Of a stretch of DNA of 64,000 bases, positions 27,751 through 36,537 are shown piece by piece (positions within the stretch are counted from its first letter, which is position 1; the number at the start of each line of letters is the position of its first letter). The position numbers were made by a program, and so were the translations under genes. Origin of the DNA: Bdellovibrionota bacterium (GTDB lineage Bacteria; Bdellovibrionota; UBA1018; CAIPTA01; JAALKR01); the NCBI GenBank assembly GCA_965207455.1, contig CBDBMJ010000001.1, positions 704,001 through 768,000 on the forward strand, written 5' to 3'. The notes beneath the pieces are model-generated. The model had not been told where the DNA came from, ran no database searches, and saw only the letters and a program-made list of their open reading frames with translations.

Positions 27751-28618
27751 GCTTCAAGAGACAATAGTAAAGAATGAGCCCATTACTAGTGAAGGGATAC
27801 ATAGGGCCTGGAAGGTAGTATTGGATTCAGGTAGAAGTATTTTTGTCAAAGGGGGCAAGGGTATGCCTTCTACCATGTTTTCATCTGAGAGTTTGGGTTT
27901 AGAGGAATTACGAAATATTGGTGTTTTCCGAATTCCAGTTGTATATGCTCACTCCAGATCTTACCTTGCTTTAGAATGGATTGAGGATCAAGTGGAGAAA
28001 AAAAAAGATAATTTGTATGCAAAGATGGGTATGTTGTTGGCAAAACAGCACAAGCACCACACAGAAAATTCATACGGTTGGAGAGAGGATAATTTTATTG
28101 GTAAAATTCCTCAACAAAATACATGGAATAGTTCTTGGTCCGTATTTTGGAAAACTATGCGTATAGAGCCTTTGGTTCAGCGAGCAAAAAAAAGTCTGTC
28201 GTCTCGTGATATGGATTCTTTGGAAAAGCTCTATGGGTGCATGGAAGAAATTCTTAGTGTTAGTGAAGAAAAGCCAGCTCCTTTGCATGGCGATCTTTGG
28301 GGTGGTAACCATTTAGTAGATCAAGATGGTGAAATTGTACTCATTGATCCTGCCTTTTACTATGGCCATCGAGAGGCTGACATAGCTATGACAAAAATGT
28401 TCTCTGCTTATCCACAAGCATTCTATGATGCCTATGAATATCACTTTCCTTTTGTTGCTGGTTTTTGGGAACAACGATTTTATTTATATTTGCTCTATCA
28501 CCAACTTTCCCATTTAAACCACTTTGGTACGGCCTACCTTGTTGGAGTTCGAGACTGTATACAAAAAGCTATACAGGGTAGGAAACCACATGAACCGCTG
28601 AGTTCTTTAAATCGGTAG
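27722..28618 (+). CDS. Fructosamine kinase family protein
   Basis: YGWREDNFIG, PLHGDLWGGN, IDPAFYYGHREADIAM, YHQLSHLNHFG. Confidence 0.93.
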   Translation: MMDWTDLQNKLQETIVKNEPITSEGIHRAWKVVLDSGRSIFVKGGKGMPSTMFSSESLGLEELRNIGVFRIPVVYAHSRSYLALEWIEDQVEKKKDNLYAKMGMLLAKQHKHHTENSYGWREDNFIGKIPQQNTWNSSWSVFWKTMRIEPLVQRAKKSLSSRDMDSLEKLYGCMEEILSVSEEKPAPLHGDLWGGNHLVDQDGEIVLIDPAFYYGHREADIAMTKMFSAYPQAFYDAYEYHFPFVAGFWEQRFYLYLLYHQLSHLNHFGTAYLVGVRDCIQKAIQGRKPHEPLSSLNR

Positions 28619-29666
28619 TGCGCTTGTCGTATCGTTCAATCATTAAGGGAGAACTCCAGCCGGCCATTTGCTGTACTGATCGATGGGAAGCTCCCTGATC
28701 TAGGGCATTGGAAATACAGGTGCTTCTACAGGAATGGGGGCTTATTTTAGCTTTCACGCCAGCTTTCTTAGTATATTTTTTTACAATGTAGGCGATGGTA
28801 TTGGTATTCAAAGGACGATCTTTTTTTAAGGCACGGTTATTTTTTACAGCAGAAAATAGAAATCGGTCCATTCCAGGGGCAAGATTGAAGCGTTCTAAAT
28901 AGATAGTTAAGATTTGGAGTACGGGCTTGGGAATGGGCAAAATTCTTTCCTTATCTCCTTTGCCAGGAACTCTTAGGCTGGTAATAATACTATCCCCTAC
29001 CCTTGTTTGTCCTATGTGAGAGCATTTCAATGCCACCACTTCACCACGACGAAGGCCCATATAAAAAAGTATACGGAGGATGAGTGCGTGCATGAGTCCG
29101 CTTTTTGTGTGCTGGCTTGCCATATCTAGAGTTCTTGCCACTTGAGCATCTGAGAGCCCTTCAGTGGGTGATTCTACTTTTGCGCGAAAATTACGTACCC
29201 AAATAGCGGGGTTTTCTTTTAAATAGCCCCGGCCCATAAGCCAGCCCAGAAATGATCGTACGGTAGCAAATTTTCGATTGGCCGAGCTCCGGCTAAGGCC
29301 TGCTCCATTCCTCTCCTTTGGCCGTACAAGCCAGTCACGGTACTCAAGGAGTGCATCTAGGGATGGCGAGTAGGACTCCATACGTAACCAGCCTAAGAAT
29401 TGTTTTAGATCGTTGCCATAAGCCCTTTGTGTGTGAATAGATCGTTGGGTTTGGGTAAAACGCTGTATTTCTTGGATGATCTCACCACGCATCCAGTCCT
29501 TTCTGGGTTCTGTCGGGTGTATTGTGATGGGTATTTTTGGGGTTAGGGAGAGCGTTTTTTCTGGGTTTATATCAGGTGTTTTTTGAGATTTTTGAAAAAA
29601 GCGATTTTTTATCCAATTTTGAATTTTGTGGAAAAAGTGGTTCAAAAGAGAAAAAATCTGGAACAT
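28569..29666 (-). CDS. Tyrosine recombinase (Xer/integrase family) with intact catalytic residues
   Basis: SAM-like domain (TQRAYGNDLKQF, SANRKFATVRSF); R (GLRRGEV), K (PGKGDKER), HxxR (PHSCRST), W (AGWSS), Y (ERYDKR). Start set to ATG 29666 with RBS AGGGG; ATG 29492 is an alternative. Confidence 0.92.
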   Translation of the reverse strand: MFQIFSLLNHFFHKIQNWIKNRFFQKSQKTPDINPEKTLSLTPKIPITIHPTEPRKDWMRGEIIQEIQRFTQTQRSIHTQRAYGNDLKQFLGWLRMESYSPSLDALLEYRDWLVRPKERNGAGLSRSSANRKFATVRSFLGWLMGRGYLKENPAIWVRNFRAKVESPTEGLSDAQVARTLDMASQHTKSGLMHALILRILFYMGLRRGEVVALKCSHIGQTRVGDSIITSLRVPGKGDKERILPIPKPVLQILTIYLERFNLAPGMDRFLFSAVKNNRALKKDRPLNTNTIAYIVKKYTKKAGVKAKISPHSCRSTCISNALDQGASHRSVQQMAGWSSPLMIERYDKRTTDLKNSAVHVVSYPV

Positions 29667-29677
29667 GCATACCCCTA

Positions 29678-29707
29678 TATTAGTGATAATTAAACTTATC
29701 ACCAATA
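29678..29707. other. Palindromic 12-6-12 tyrosine-recombinase-type site
   Basis: TATTAGTGATAA-TTAAAC-TTATCACCAATA; arms 11/12 complementary; 11 nt from the recombinase ATG. Confidence 0.75.
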
Positions 29708-29806
29708 AAAGCAAGCTTTTTTCTATTTATTTCGACCCTTTTCCCTACTTTGCCTTACCTTGGCCTATCCAAACCTAGAAATTAAGAAAACTTCGACGCG
29801 TCGCAT

Positions 29807-30289
29807 TTATTTCTTCTTCTTCTTTCTCTTCCCTTTTTCTACAATCGTAAAGCGAGTACCTAGAGCTATCTTCTTCCGTTTAAACCAACCCAGGGGAACC
29901 TCCAAGGCGTATAGGCACAGACCCCTGCTTTTATATACCTTTAGCTCGGAATCCTTTTTAGAGCTTCGATCCACCTGCATTTTCTCTATATTCACTAGCT
30001 TCTTTTCCTGGTTAAAAAAACCAATACTTAGGGGTATTTTTGTTTTTTTCATCCAAAAGTAGAGCACCTGGGGACTTGGATACTGGAAAAGCATGCCATG
30101 GCCATCTTTTAAGGTAAGGCGACCCTGTAAGCCCCTAGCTAATTGTTTTTCTCCAATAGCGAACTCCACCATTAACTTTTCTTTCCCCAAAAGGAGAACC
30201 TTTTTTTTAAAAGAATATCCCCCCTGTGCCGTGTGGGAAGCAAACAGTAGAGCTATAGTCCATAGGTAGAGGAAAGTCCTCATATACAA
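29807..30289 (-). CDS. DUF192 domain protein
   Basis: RGLQGR, GMLFQY, FWMKKTKIPLSIGF, YALEVPLGWF. Confidence 0.92.
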   Translation of the reverse strand: MYMRTFLYLWTIALLFASHTAQGGYSFKKKVLLLGKEKLMVEFAIGEKQLARGLQGRLTLKDGHGMLFQYPSPQVLYFWMKKTKIPLSIGFFNQEKKLVNIEKMQVDRSSKKDSELKVYKSRGLCLYALEVPLGWFKRKKIALGTRFTIVEKGKRKKKKK

Positions 30290-31200
30290 TGCTTCCTTTG
30301 GTATTGAATAAGATCGCTATACTCTTCCTTCTTTTTCGTGGAAATGGATCTTTTCGTTTTTGAAGCTTGCTCCTTAAAAAACAGAACCTTCAGTTCATTA
30401 TTTGCACAAGCAGTTCTACGAATAGTGTTGAATTCTTTAATTAAAGCTAGGGGGTAAGGCATTCCCTCCAAAGAGGACTGGAAGAAAGGAGCTTCTTTGG
30501 ACAGGTTATGAAGATGCTCTTTTAAGAAATCTATTGTGTTGTAGTGTTTTCCTACGGAGTAGAATTTCTTTTGCGCTAATCTCTTGTGAAAACGAGCCTT
30601 ACCGTAGGTATCCTTAAACCTAAACTGACCACAAAGGGGATGATCTGGAATGGGCATTACACGTTTTATTTCCCAGCCTACAGTGCATTCCATTTCAAAT
30701 GCATCCAACTCTCCCCCTACTCCCTCAATTCCATGTTGAATAAACTTTTCTATGGAGAAATTGATCTTATAAGGGTTTAAAGGCTTTCTTAAAGTATAGT
30801 GAGTAAGTTCATGGACAAGGTCGTAAAATAAATCAATACGCTTTAAATTACGCTTCACCTGTATAGAGTTTTTCACAATAAACTCTTCTTCTGTACTGTG
30901 AAAAGCATAGATCCTAAAAAAAGTGGTCTCTGTTAAGGAATGATCTCCTAAATGAATGTCTTTTAGCACCTTAGAAGCAGGCTGAGGGAGTTGTTTCAAT
31001 AGAATAGAGCCTTGTTTGCTTTGTTCAATAATATCCAACATTTCCTTGAGTGCTTTGGATACTTGCCTTTCAGAAGTAGAGGCTGGCAACCATGGCTCCT
31101 GCCACCATTTTAGGCTCCGTTGCCGATTCTCTGCCCCTAGTAAGGGACTAGAGGAGAGCAGCAGGAGGGCCAATAACAAAAAACTTTGATTTTTTCTCAC
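30280..31200 (-). CDS. Secreted zincin-motif (HExxH) hypothetical protein
   Basis: Signal peptide; DLVHELTHY plus downstream GGELDAF glutamate. Confidence 0.65.
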   Translation of the reverse strand: MRKNQSFLLLALLLLSSSPLLGAENRQRSLKWWQEPWLPASTSERQVSKALKEMLDIIEQSKQGSILLKQLPQPASKVLKDIHLGDHSLTETTFFRIYAFHSTEEEFIVKNSIQVKRNLKRIDLFYDLVHELTHYTLRKPLNPYKINFSIEKFIQHGIEGVGGELDAFEMECTVGWEIKRVMPIPDHPLCGQFRFKDTYGKARFHKRLAQKKFYSVGKHYNTIDFLKEHLHNLSKEAPFFQSSLEGMPYPLALIKEFNTIRRTACANNELKVLFFKEQASKTKRSISTKKKEEYSDLIQYQRKHCI

Positions 31201-31206
31201 CCATCT

Positions 31207-31234
31207 CTATCGGCAATAAATTATACAATTGTTA
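31207..31234 (-). promoter_or_regulatory. Putative sigma28 (FliA) promoter
   Basis: Minus strand TAAC-N16-GCCGATAG, 6 nt before GTG 31200. Confidence 0.5.
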
Positions 31235-31314
31235 AAACTTTTTACATTAATTTCCCCATAAAAACCCTGAAAAAAGAGAGGGCAGATAGGAGGAATATAA
31301 ATAAATCCCTTTAA

Positions 31315-31327
31315 AATCAGTTGTTTA
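31315..31327 (+). promoter_or_regulatory. IHF-binding site
   Basis: AATCAG-TTGT-TTA matches WATCAR-N4-TTR; about 30 bp upstream of a sigma54 box. Confidence 0.6.
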
Positions 31328-31355
31328 TGAGTATATTTCTCATTTCCGACCGTAT

Positions 31356-31371
31356 TGGTATGGAACTTGCA
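31356..31371 (+). promoter_or_regulatory. Sigma54 promoter of the subtilase gene
   Basis: TGGTATGGAACTTGCA, GG-N10-GC, close to TGGYAYR-N4-TTGCW. Confidence 0.75.
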
Positions 31372-31409
31372 TTAGTAAGGGACATAGACAATGGAGCCAT
31401 AAAAGCCCT

Positions 31410-31450
31410 GTTGAAGTTGATGTTGATGTTGAAGAAGTTGGAGTTGAGTT
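31410..31450 (+). repeat. GTTGA(A/T) short tandem repeat in the 5' UTR
   Basis: GTTGAA GTTGAT GTTGAT GTTGAA GAA GTTGGA GTTGA GTT immediately before ATG 31451. Confidence 0.8.
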
Positions 31451-32587
31451 ATGAAGAAGATAAAGTGGAATATAATAGTTATTGCTTGTTTGAGCTTGGT
31501 TTTTGCCCATGCTGAAACCGTTACGGCAAAGCCAAAGCCAAAGATTGCTGTGGCAAAAAAGAAGAAAACGCCTGATCCCTCATCGTTTTTTTACCGAAGG
31601 GATATTTTTCTAGATCAAATCTCTGTTAAAAAAGCGTTGAAAAAGTTTAAGCCAAAAAAGGATATTGTCATTGCATTCATTGATACAGGAATTGATCCTA
31701 AACATTCGGAATTAAAAAGAAATAAATGGATTCGTCCTGGAACTGTAGATGAATACGGTTGGGATTTTGTACGCAATTCAAAAAATCCTTTAGATACTAA
31801 TGGACACGGTAGCCATGTGGCAGGAATTGCCATTAGTGTGGCTCCTAAAGTAAAGATAATGGCCATCCGCTATTTTTCTAATAAGTCCGATGGAAATGCC
31901 CACTTAAGCAACACTATAAAGGCAATCAATTATGCTATTAAAAATAAAGCAGATATTATAAATTATAGTGGTGGTGGTGCTGAGCCTAGCTCTCAAGAAC
32001 TCCAAGCTATTGAGCGTGCCAGGGCAAAGGGAATTCTATTTGTTGCAGCAGCTGGAAATAATGGACATAAACTAAGCCAAAAGGAAAATAAATACTATCC
32101 AGCCTCCTATAAACTTTCTAACATTATATCTGTAGGAGCTAATGATATTAAGAACAGTTTAATTCCTTGGTCTAACTGGGGAAAAAGTATGGTGGATGTG
32201 GCAGCCCCTGGAGATAATATCCTGTCCACACTTCCTGTAAAAAAATTAAAAAATGGGAAAACAATTTCCTATGGATACCTTACAGGAACTAGCCAATCTA
32301 CAGCTTTTGTGTCTGGCTTGGCTGCTCTTATTTGGTCTCATAATCCCAGTTTGACCTATGTTCAGATAAAAAATATCATTTTAAAAAGCGTAGATAAGCA
32401 AGCGCTATTAAAGGGTAAGGTAAAGTCTGAAGGACGAATTAATGTCTACTCAGCATTGAAAATGGCAAGCCGAGTAGTGAAAAAGAAAACAAGATTTACT
32501 AAAAATTCTTCATTTAAATTGTTAAAAAATCCCAGACAAACATCTAGAAAAACAGCAGATAACAAAAATATAGCTCATAAAAAGTAA
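31451..32587 (+). CDS. Secreted S8 subtilisin-like serine protease
   Basis: Triad motifs IDTGID, GHGSHVAG, GTSQS; oxyanion motif AAAGN; signal peptide. Confidence 0.95.
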   Translation: MKKIKWNIIVIACLSLVFAHAETVTAKPKPKIAVAKKKKTPDPSSFFYRRDIFLDQISVKKALKKFKPKKDIVIAFIDTGIDPKHSELKRNKWIRPGTVDEYGWDFVRNSKNPLDTNGHGSHVAGIAISVAPKVKIMAIRYFSNKSDGNAHLSNTIKAINYAIKNKADIINYSGGGAEPSSQELQAIERARAKGILFVAAAGNNGHKLSQKENKYYPASYKLSNIISVGANDIKNSLIPWSNWGKSMVDVAAPGDNILSTLPVKKLKNGKTISYGYLTGTSQSTAFVSGLAALIWSHNPSLTYVQIKNIILKSVDKQALLKGKVKSEGRINVYSALKMASRVVKKKTRFTKNSSFKLLKNPRQTSRKTADNKNIAHKK

Positions 32588-32755
32588 AAGAATTCCCTCT
32601 TTTAAATTCCATTGGGCTATTGTATTTAAGACTTGTTGCGCTACGACCTGTCTACACTGAATTCGGGTCCAGCGCTGTTATGATTCTATTCTGAGGTCAA
32701 AATTGATTTATTTTCCCATACCTAATAGAGGCTCAATGGGTTATATCTTAATAAT

Positions 32756-34354
32756 ATGCCTGTGTTTTTGCCATACTCCGGTTTTTTCTGGGCCATTTTT
32801 GGTTCTGTAATACACATTCTGGCCTTTCCTAAGTGGGGGCTTTTTCCTTTGGCTTTCCTTGTATTACCTGCCTATTTGATAGCCATACATAAGGGCAACT
32901 CTTGGTTTAAAATGTTTTGTTTTGGAACAGTCTCCAGCTTACTGTGCTGTCTTATAGGTTTGGATTGGGTGAGTTTCGTATTACAAGAAACCGGTGGTAT
33001 TGGGAAGCCACTGTCTGTGTTTCTCCATGTACTTTTTTCCTTTATTGCCTTTCCCAATCTATACACTTTTTTTTTCCTAGGGTTTTTAGTAAAAGCTAAG
33101 GTGGCTAAGCTCCCCCTATTTCTCCAGCCCTTGTATTGGGCCTGTCTTTGGGTAGCTATAGAGTTTCTATGGCAACACTATAAAATATTCCCCGATGTCA
33201 TAGGAGCTACTCAGTGGCCTTGGTTAAGCCTTTCTCAAGTAGCTTCCTTGGGAGGAGTAAGTGCTATAAGCTTCCTCGTTACTTTTTTTGGTGCCAGTCT
33301 TTTATTTTGTGTTCAATATAAGGGAAAAGAAAAAACCCTATATCCTTTTTGTCTAGCAATTTTATTTTTAGGAGCAGCTCATATTTGGGGGGAACAGCGA
33401 ATAAAAACAATACAAGCCCTGCCCAGTAAAGATATAAAAATAGCAGTGATTCAAGCGAATATTTCTAATGCAGATAAAGCTGTGGAGCGGTTAGGTAATA
33501 ACAATGCTATTCGTAGTGTGGTTGAACGTTATAGCGAACTTACAGCACAAGCGGCTGTTCAAAAACCAGATTTAGTGGTTTGGCCAGAGACAGCCTATCC
33601 AACTTTTTTCCCCCTCACCCGTACTTCTAGCGTCTCTTTTTTTGCTCAATTACTCACAGCTAAAATTATGGAAGAGGCAGAAAAGGGAAACTATTCCATA
33701 CTGTTTGGTGGGTATGAGCAGTTAGGTTCAAATTCATATAATTCTGCCATTCTAATAGATAGTAAACAAAAATTCCAAGGCTCTTATCGAAAGTATCATT
33801 TATTAATTTTTGGGGAATACATGCCTTTTTCTAATATATGGCCTAGCTTGAAAAAGCTTAATCCACAACTAGGAGATTTTGCCAGAGGAAAAGGACCCTA
33901 CCCCATTCGTTGGAATCGGCAAGACGGCTCTACCTTAAATCTTGGTGTTACCATTTGCTATGAAACTTTAATCCCTAGTTTTATGCGAGGTATGGCAAAT
34001 AATGGCACTGATATTTTTTTCAATTTAACCAATGACTCTTGGTTTGGTCCCACCAATGAGCCCCATCAACACCTGATATTCAGTGTCTTCCGTGCCATTG
34101 AAAATGGTCTACCCCTAGTTCGTTCCACAAATACGGGAATTAGCTTAATCTTAGATGCCACAGGAGCTTCCCTTGGAGAGACAAAACTGTTTAAGCCTGA
34201 AATAATGGTGAGAACAGTTCCCATCCCCAAGGATAGAATTTTCACCCTATACAAACAATTTGGAGAGGTATTTTCTTATTTCATGATATTTCTCTGCTTT
34301 TCCCCTTGGTTTTCCCTGCCCTTTAGGTTATGGAAAAATACAAATGCTTCTTGA
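32756..34354 (+). CDS. lnt: Apolipoprotein N-acyltransferase
   Basis: Multi-TM plus nitrilase domain: VVWPETA, YRKYHLLIFGEYMP, TICYE, TNDSWFG, RSTNTGIS. Confidence 0.96.
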   Translation: MPVFLPYSGFFWAIFGSVIHILAFPKWGLFPLAFLVLPAYLIAIHKGNSWFKMFCFGTVSSLLCCLIGLDWVSFVLQETGGIGKPLSVFLHVLFSFIAFPNLYTFFFLGFLVKAKVAKLPLFLQPLYWACLWVAIEFLWQHYKIFPDVIGATQWPWLSLSQVASLGGVSAISFLVTFFGASLLFCVQYKGKEKTLYPFCLAILFLGAAHIWGEQRIKTIQALPSKDIKIAVIQANISNADKAVERLGNNNAIRSVVERYSELTAQAAVQKPDLVVWPETAYPTFFPLTRTSSVSFFAQLLTAKIMEEAEKGNYSILFGGYEQLGSNSYNSAILIDSKQKFQGSYRKYHLLIFGEYMPFSNIWPSLKKLNPQLGDFARGKGPYPIRWNRQDGSTLNLGVTICYETLIPSFMRGMANNGTDIFFNLTNDSWFGPTNEPHQHLIFSVFRAIENGLPLVRSTNTGISLILDATGASLGETKLFKPEIMVRTVPIPKDRIFTLYKQFGEVFSYFMIFLCFSPWFSLPFRLWKNTNAS

Positions 34355-34841
34355 ATATAATATCCTTATGGATAAAAAAGAAAATAAACGTCAATGTACC
34401 GTATATCCATTACGATATAGAAAGGATTTCCGGTTTTATTATTTCCACAAAAATGCACCCATATCCCAACCCCAATCGGACGTTTTATTGCATGTGAATG
34501 GAGTTCCCATTCAAGAGTATACTAAAAAAATACAATCCATTGCAGTAGTGGATTGTGTATGGAAGAAAGTGGAACCAGCACTAAAATTAATGGAAAATCC
34601 CCTACCCCCTCTTGTGAAAATCCCGGGAGATTTTGTTACTGCTTACCCTAGGAAAAGCAAATATGAAAACCTCGATCCGGAAGGAGGGCTTGCCACTATT
34701 GAAGCTATATTTATTGCAGGAGCTTTTTTAAATAACTGGGATGAATCTCTTCTGTCGAACTACTACTTTAAAAAAGAATTTTTAAAGTGCAATGAACAGC
34801 AATGGAAGAAATATAAACTAGGACCATTTAACAATGACTGA
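34344..34841 (+). CDS. Tsr3/DTW-like (DUF367-type) putative RNA aminocarboxypropyltransferase
   Basis: ENKRQCT, AVVDCVW, FVTAYPRKS, GLATIEA, YYFKKEFL resemble Tsr3/DTW motifs. Confidence 0.6.
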   Translation: MLLEYNILMDKKENKRQCTVYPLRYRKDFRFYYFHKNAPISQPQSDVLLHVNGVPIQEYTKKIQSIAVVDCVWKKVEPALKLMENPLPPLVKIPGDFVTAYPRKSKYENLDPEGGLATIEAIFIAGAFLNNWDESLLSNYYFKKEFLKCNEQQWKKYKLGPFNND

Positions 34842-36426
34842 AGAGTTAAGTTCCATAGATAAAAAAGAAATACTATCTAGGCGTGTCTTTGCTATTATTT
34901 CCCATCCCGACGCAGGGAAAACCACATTGACAGAGAAAATACTTCTCTATGGTGGCGCTATCCATGAAGCAGGAGAGGTAAAGAGCAAAAAGAAACGTCG
35001 ACTTGCCCGTAGTGATTGGATGAAGCTGGAACAAGAAAGAGGGATTTCTGTAAACTCCAGTGTAATGCAATTTCAATATAAAAATTTAAATTTTAATTTG
35101 TTAGATACCCCAGGTCACGCCGATTTTTCTGAAGATACGTACCGAACCTTGGCAGCGGCTGATTCTGCCATCATGTTACTAGATAATGCAAAAGGAGTGG
35201 AGCTGCAAACAAAAAAACTTTTTGAAGTTTGTCGCTACCGAAAAACACCTGTATTTACTTTTATTAATAAGTTGGACAGAGAGGGACGAGCCCCTCTTGA
35301 GATTATGGAAGAAATCGAGAAAACATTAAATATTGAATGTAACCCTCTTACTTGGCCAGTCGGGTGTGGAGAACGCTTTAAAGGTGTGTATCACCGGACA
35401 GAAAAAAAGTTTTATCCGTATGAAAATAAAAATTTTTCTGCTCAAAAAATAGAGGGAAAAAATAACTCACTCTCTAGTCAAGAGCAGCAAGAATTGGAAA
35501 ACGATATTGAGCTTCTGGACAGCACCTTGGGAAATCCATCGAAAGAAGCCTTCCTGAAAGGAGAGCAAACTCCCGTTTTGTTTGGGAGCGCTCGAACTAA
35601 TTTTGGAGTGGAAAATTTTTTAAATATATTTCTCGACTTTGCACCTGGTCCTGGCGCCATGATCAGCCAAGATACAATAGTCCACCCAACAGATCCGTTT
35701 TTTTCAGGATTTGTTTTTAAAATTCAAGCCAATATGGATAAAAAACATCGAGACAGGGTAGCTTTTATTCGCATTGTTTCAGGGAAGTTTAAACGAGGTA
35801 TGTATGTAAAAAATGAAAGGTTAGGCAAGAATATTCGCCTAACCTATTCTCAGAAATTTTTTGCAGAGGAACGAAAAAGCATAGAGAGTGCTTTTGCAGG
35901 AGATATACTGGGTCTCCATGATATGGGTAATTGCTTATTAGGAGATACCCTGCATTCCAGTACCCAAAAAATACAATTCAAAGGCATCCCACAATTTTCC
36001 CCTGAACACTTTTCAAAAATCCAACTAAGTGACCCCATGAAACGAAAGTCGTTACAAAAAGGGATTCGTCAACTTTGTGAAGAGGGTACTATTCAATATT
36101 TCACCGATCCTAATGTGGGAAGTCAGGATCCTATTTTAGGAGCCATTGGTCTATTGCAGTTCGATGTCATTTTGTATCGCCTCCAAGATGAATACAATAC
36201 AAAAGTGAAGCTTCTTCCTCAGCCATTTAAAATTGCGCGATGGGTGAAGTCCAAAACCCCTTACTCAGGCGATTTCAGCGAGTTGATGGGGAGTTTTCAG
36301 TTGGTGGAAGACCTGCATCACAATCCTGTGTTTTTATTTACCAGTGAATTTAATCTTCAATGGGCGGTAGATAATAATTCACAGTTTCATTTTTATGCAA
36401 TAAGAGATGGGGAATCCATATTATAA
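34834..36426 (+). CDS. prfC: Peptide chain release factor 3
   Basis: FAIISHPDAGKTTLTEK, SDWMKLEQERGISV, DTPGHADFSEDTYR, FKIQANMDKKHRDR. Confidence 0.98.
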   Translation: MTEELSSIDKKEILSRRVFAIISHPDAGKTTLTEKILLYGGAIHEAGEVKSKKKRRLARSDWMKLEQERGISVNSSVMQFQYKNLNFNLLDTPGHADFSEDTYRTLAAADSAIMLLDNAKGVELQTKKLFEVCRYRKTPVFTFINKLDREGRAPLEIMEEIEKTLNIECNPLTWPVGCGERFKGVYHRTEKKFYPYENKNFSAQKIEGKNNSLSSQEQQELENDIELLDSTLGNPSKEAFLKGEQTPVLFGSARTNFGVENFLNIFLDFAPGPGAMISQDTIVHPTDPFFSGFVFKIQANMDKKHRDRVAFIRIVSGKFKRGMYVKNERLGKNIRLTYSQKFFAEERKSIESAFAGDILGLHDMGNCLLGDTLHSSTQKIQFKGIPQFSPEHFSKIQLSDPMKRKSLQKGIRQLCEEGTIQYFTDPNVGSQDPILGAIGLLQFDVILYRLQDEYNTKVKLLPQPFKIARWVKSKTPYSGDFSELMGSFQLVEDLHHNPVFLFTSEFNLQWAVDNNSQFHFYAIRDGESIL

Positions 36427-36537
36427 CTTAGGGCACTACTTTTTCTTATAAATTGGGCTGGATTTAATGAAGTATACTATGCTAAATTTCGACCAAACTG
36501 TCAAAACGAAACTAAACCTACAAAAGGAGAATTAATT

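Noticed and set aside
29667..29714. ORF-track extension of the recombinase to TTG 29714
   Set aside because: Runs through the palindrome and putative promoter; ATG 29666 has an RBS.
23260..29714. Prophage or integrative element defined by the recombinase
   Set aside because: No phage, conjugation or replication genes and no att repeats seen; housekeeping-type genes lie between the island and the recombinase.
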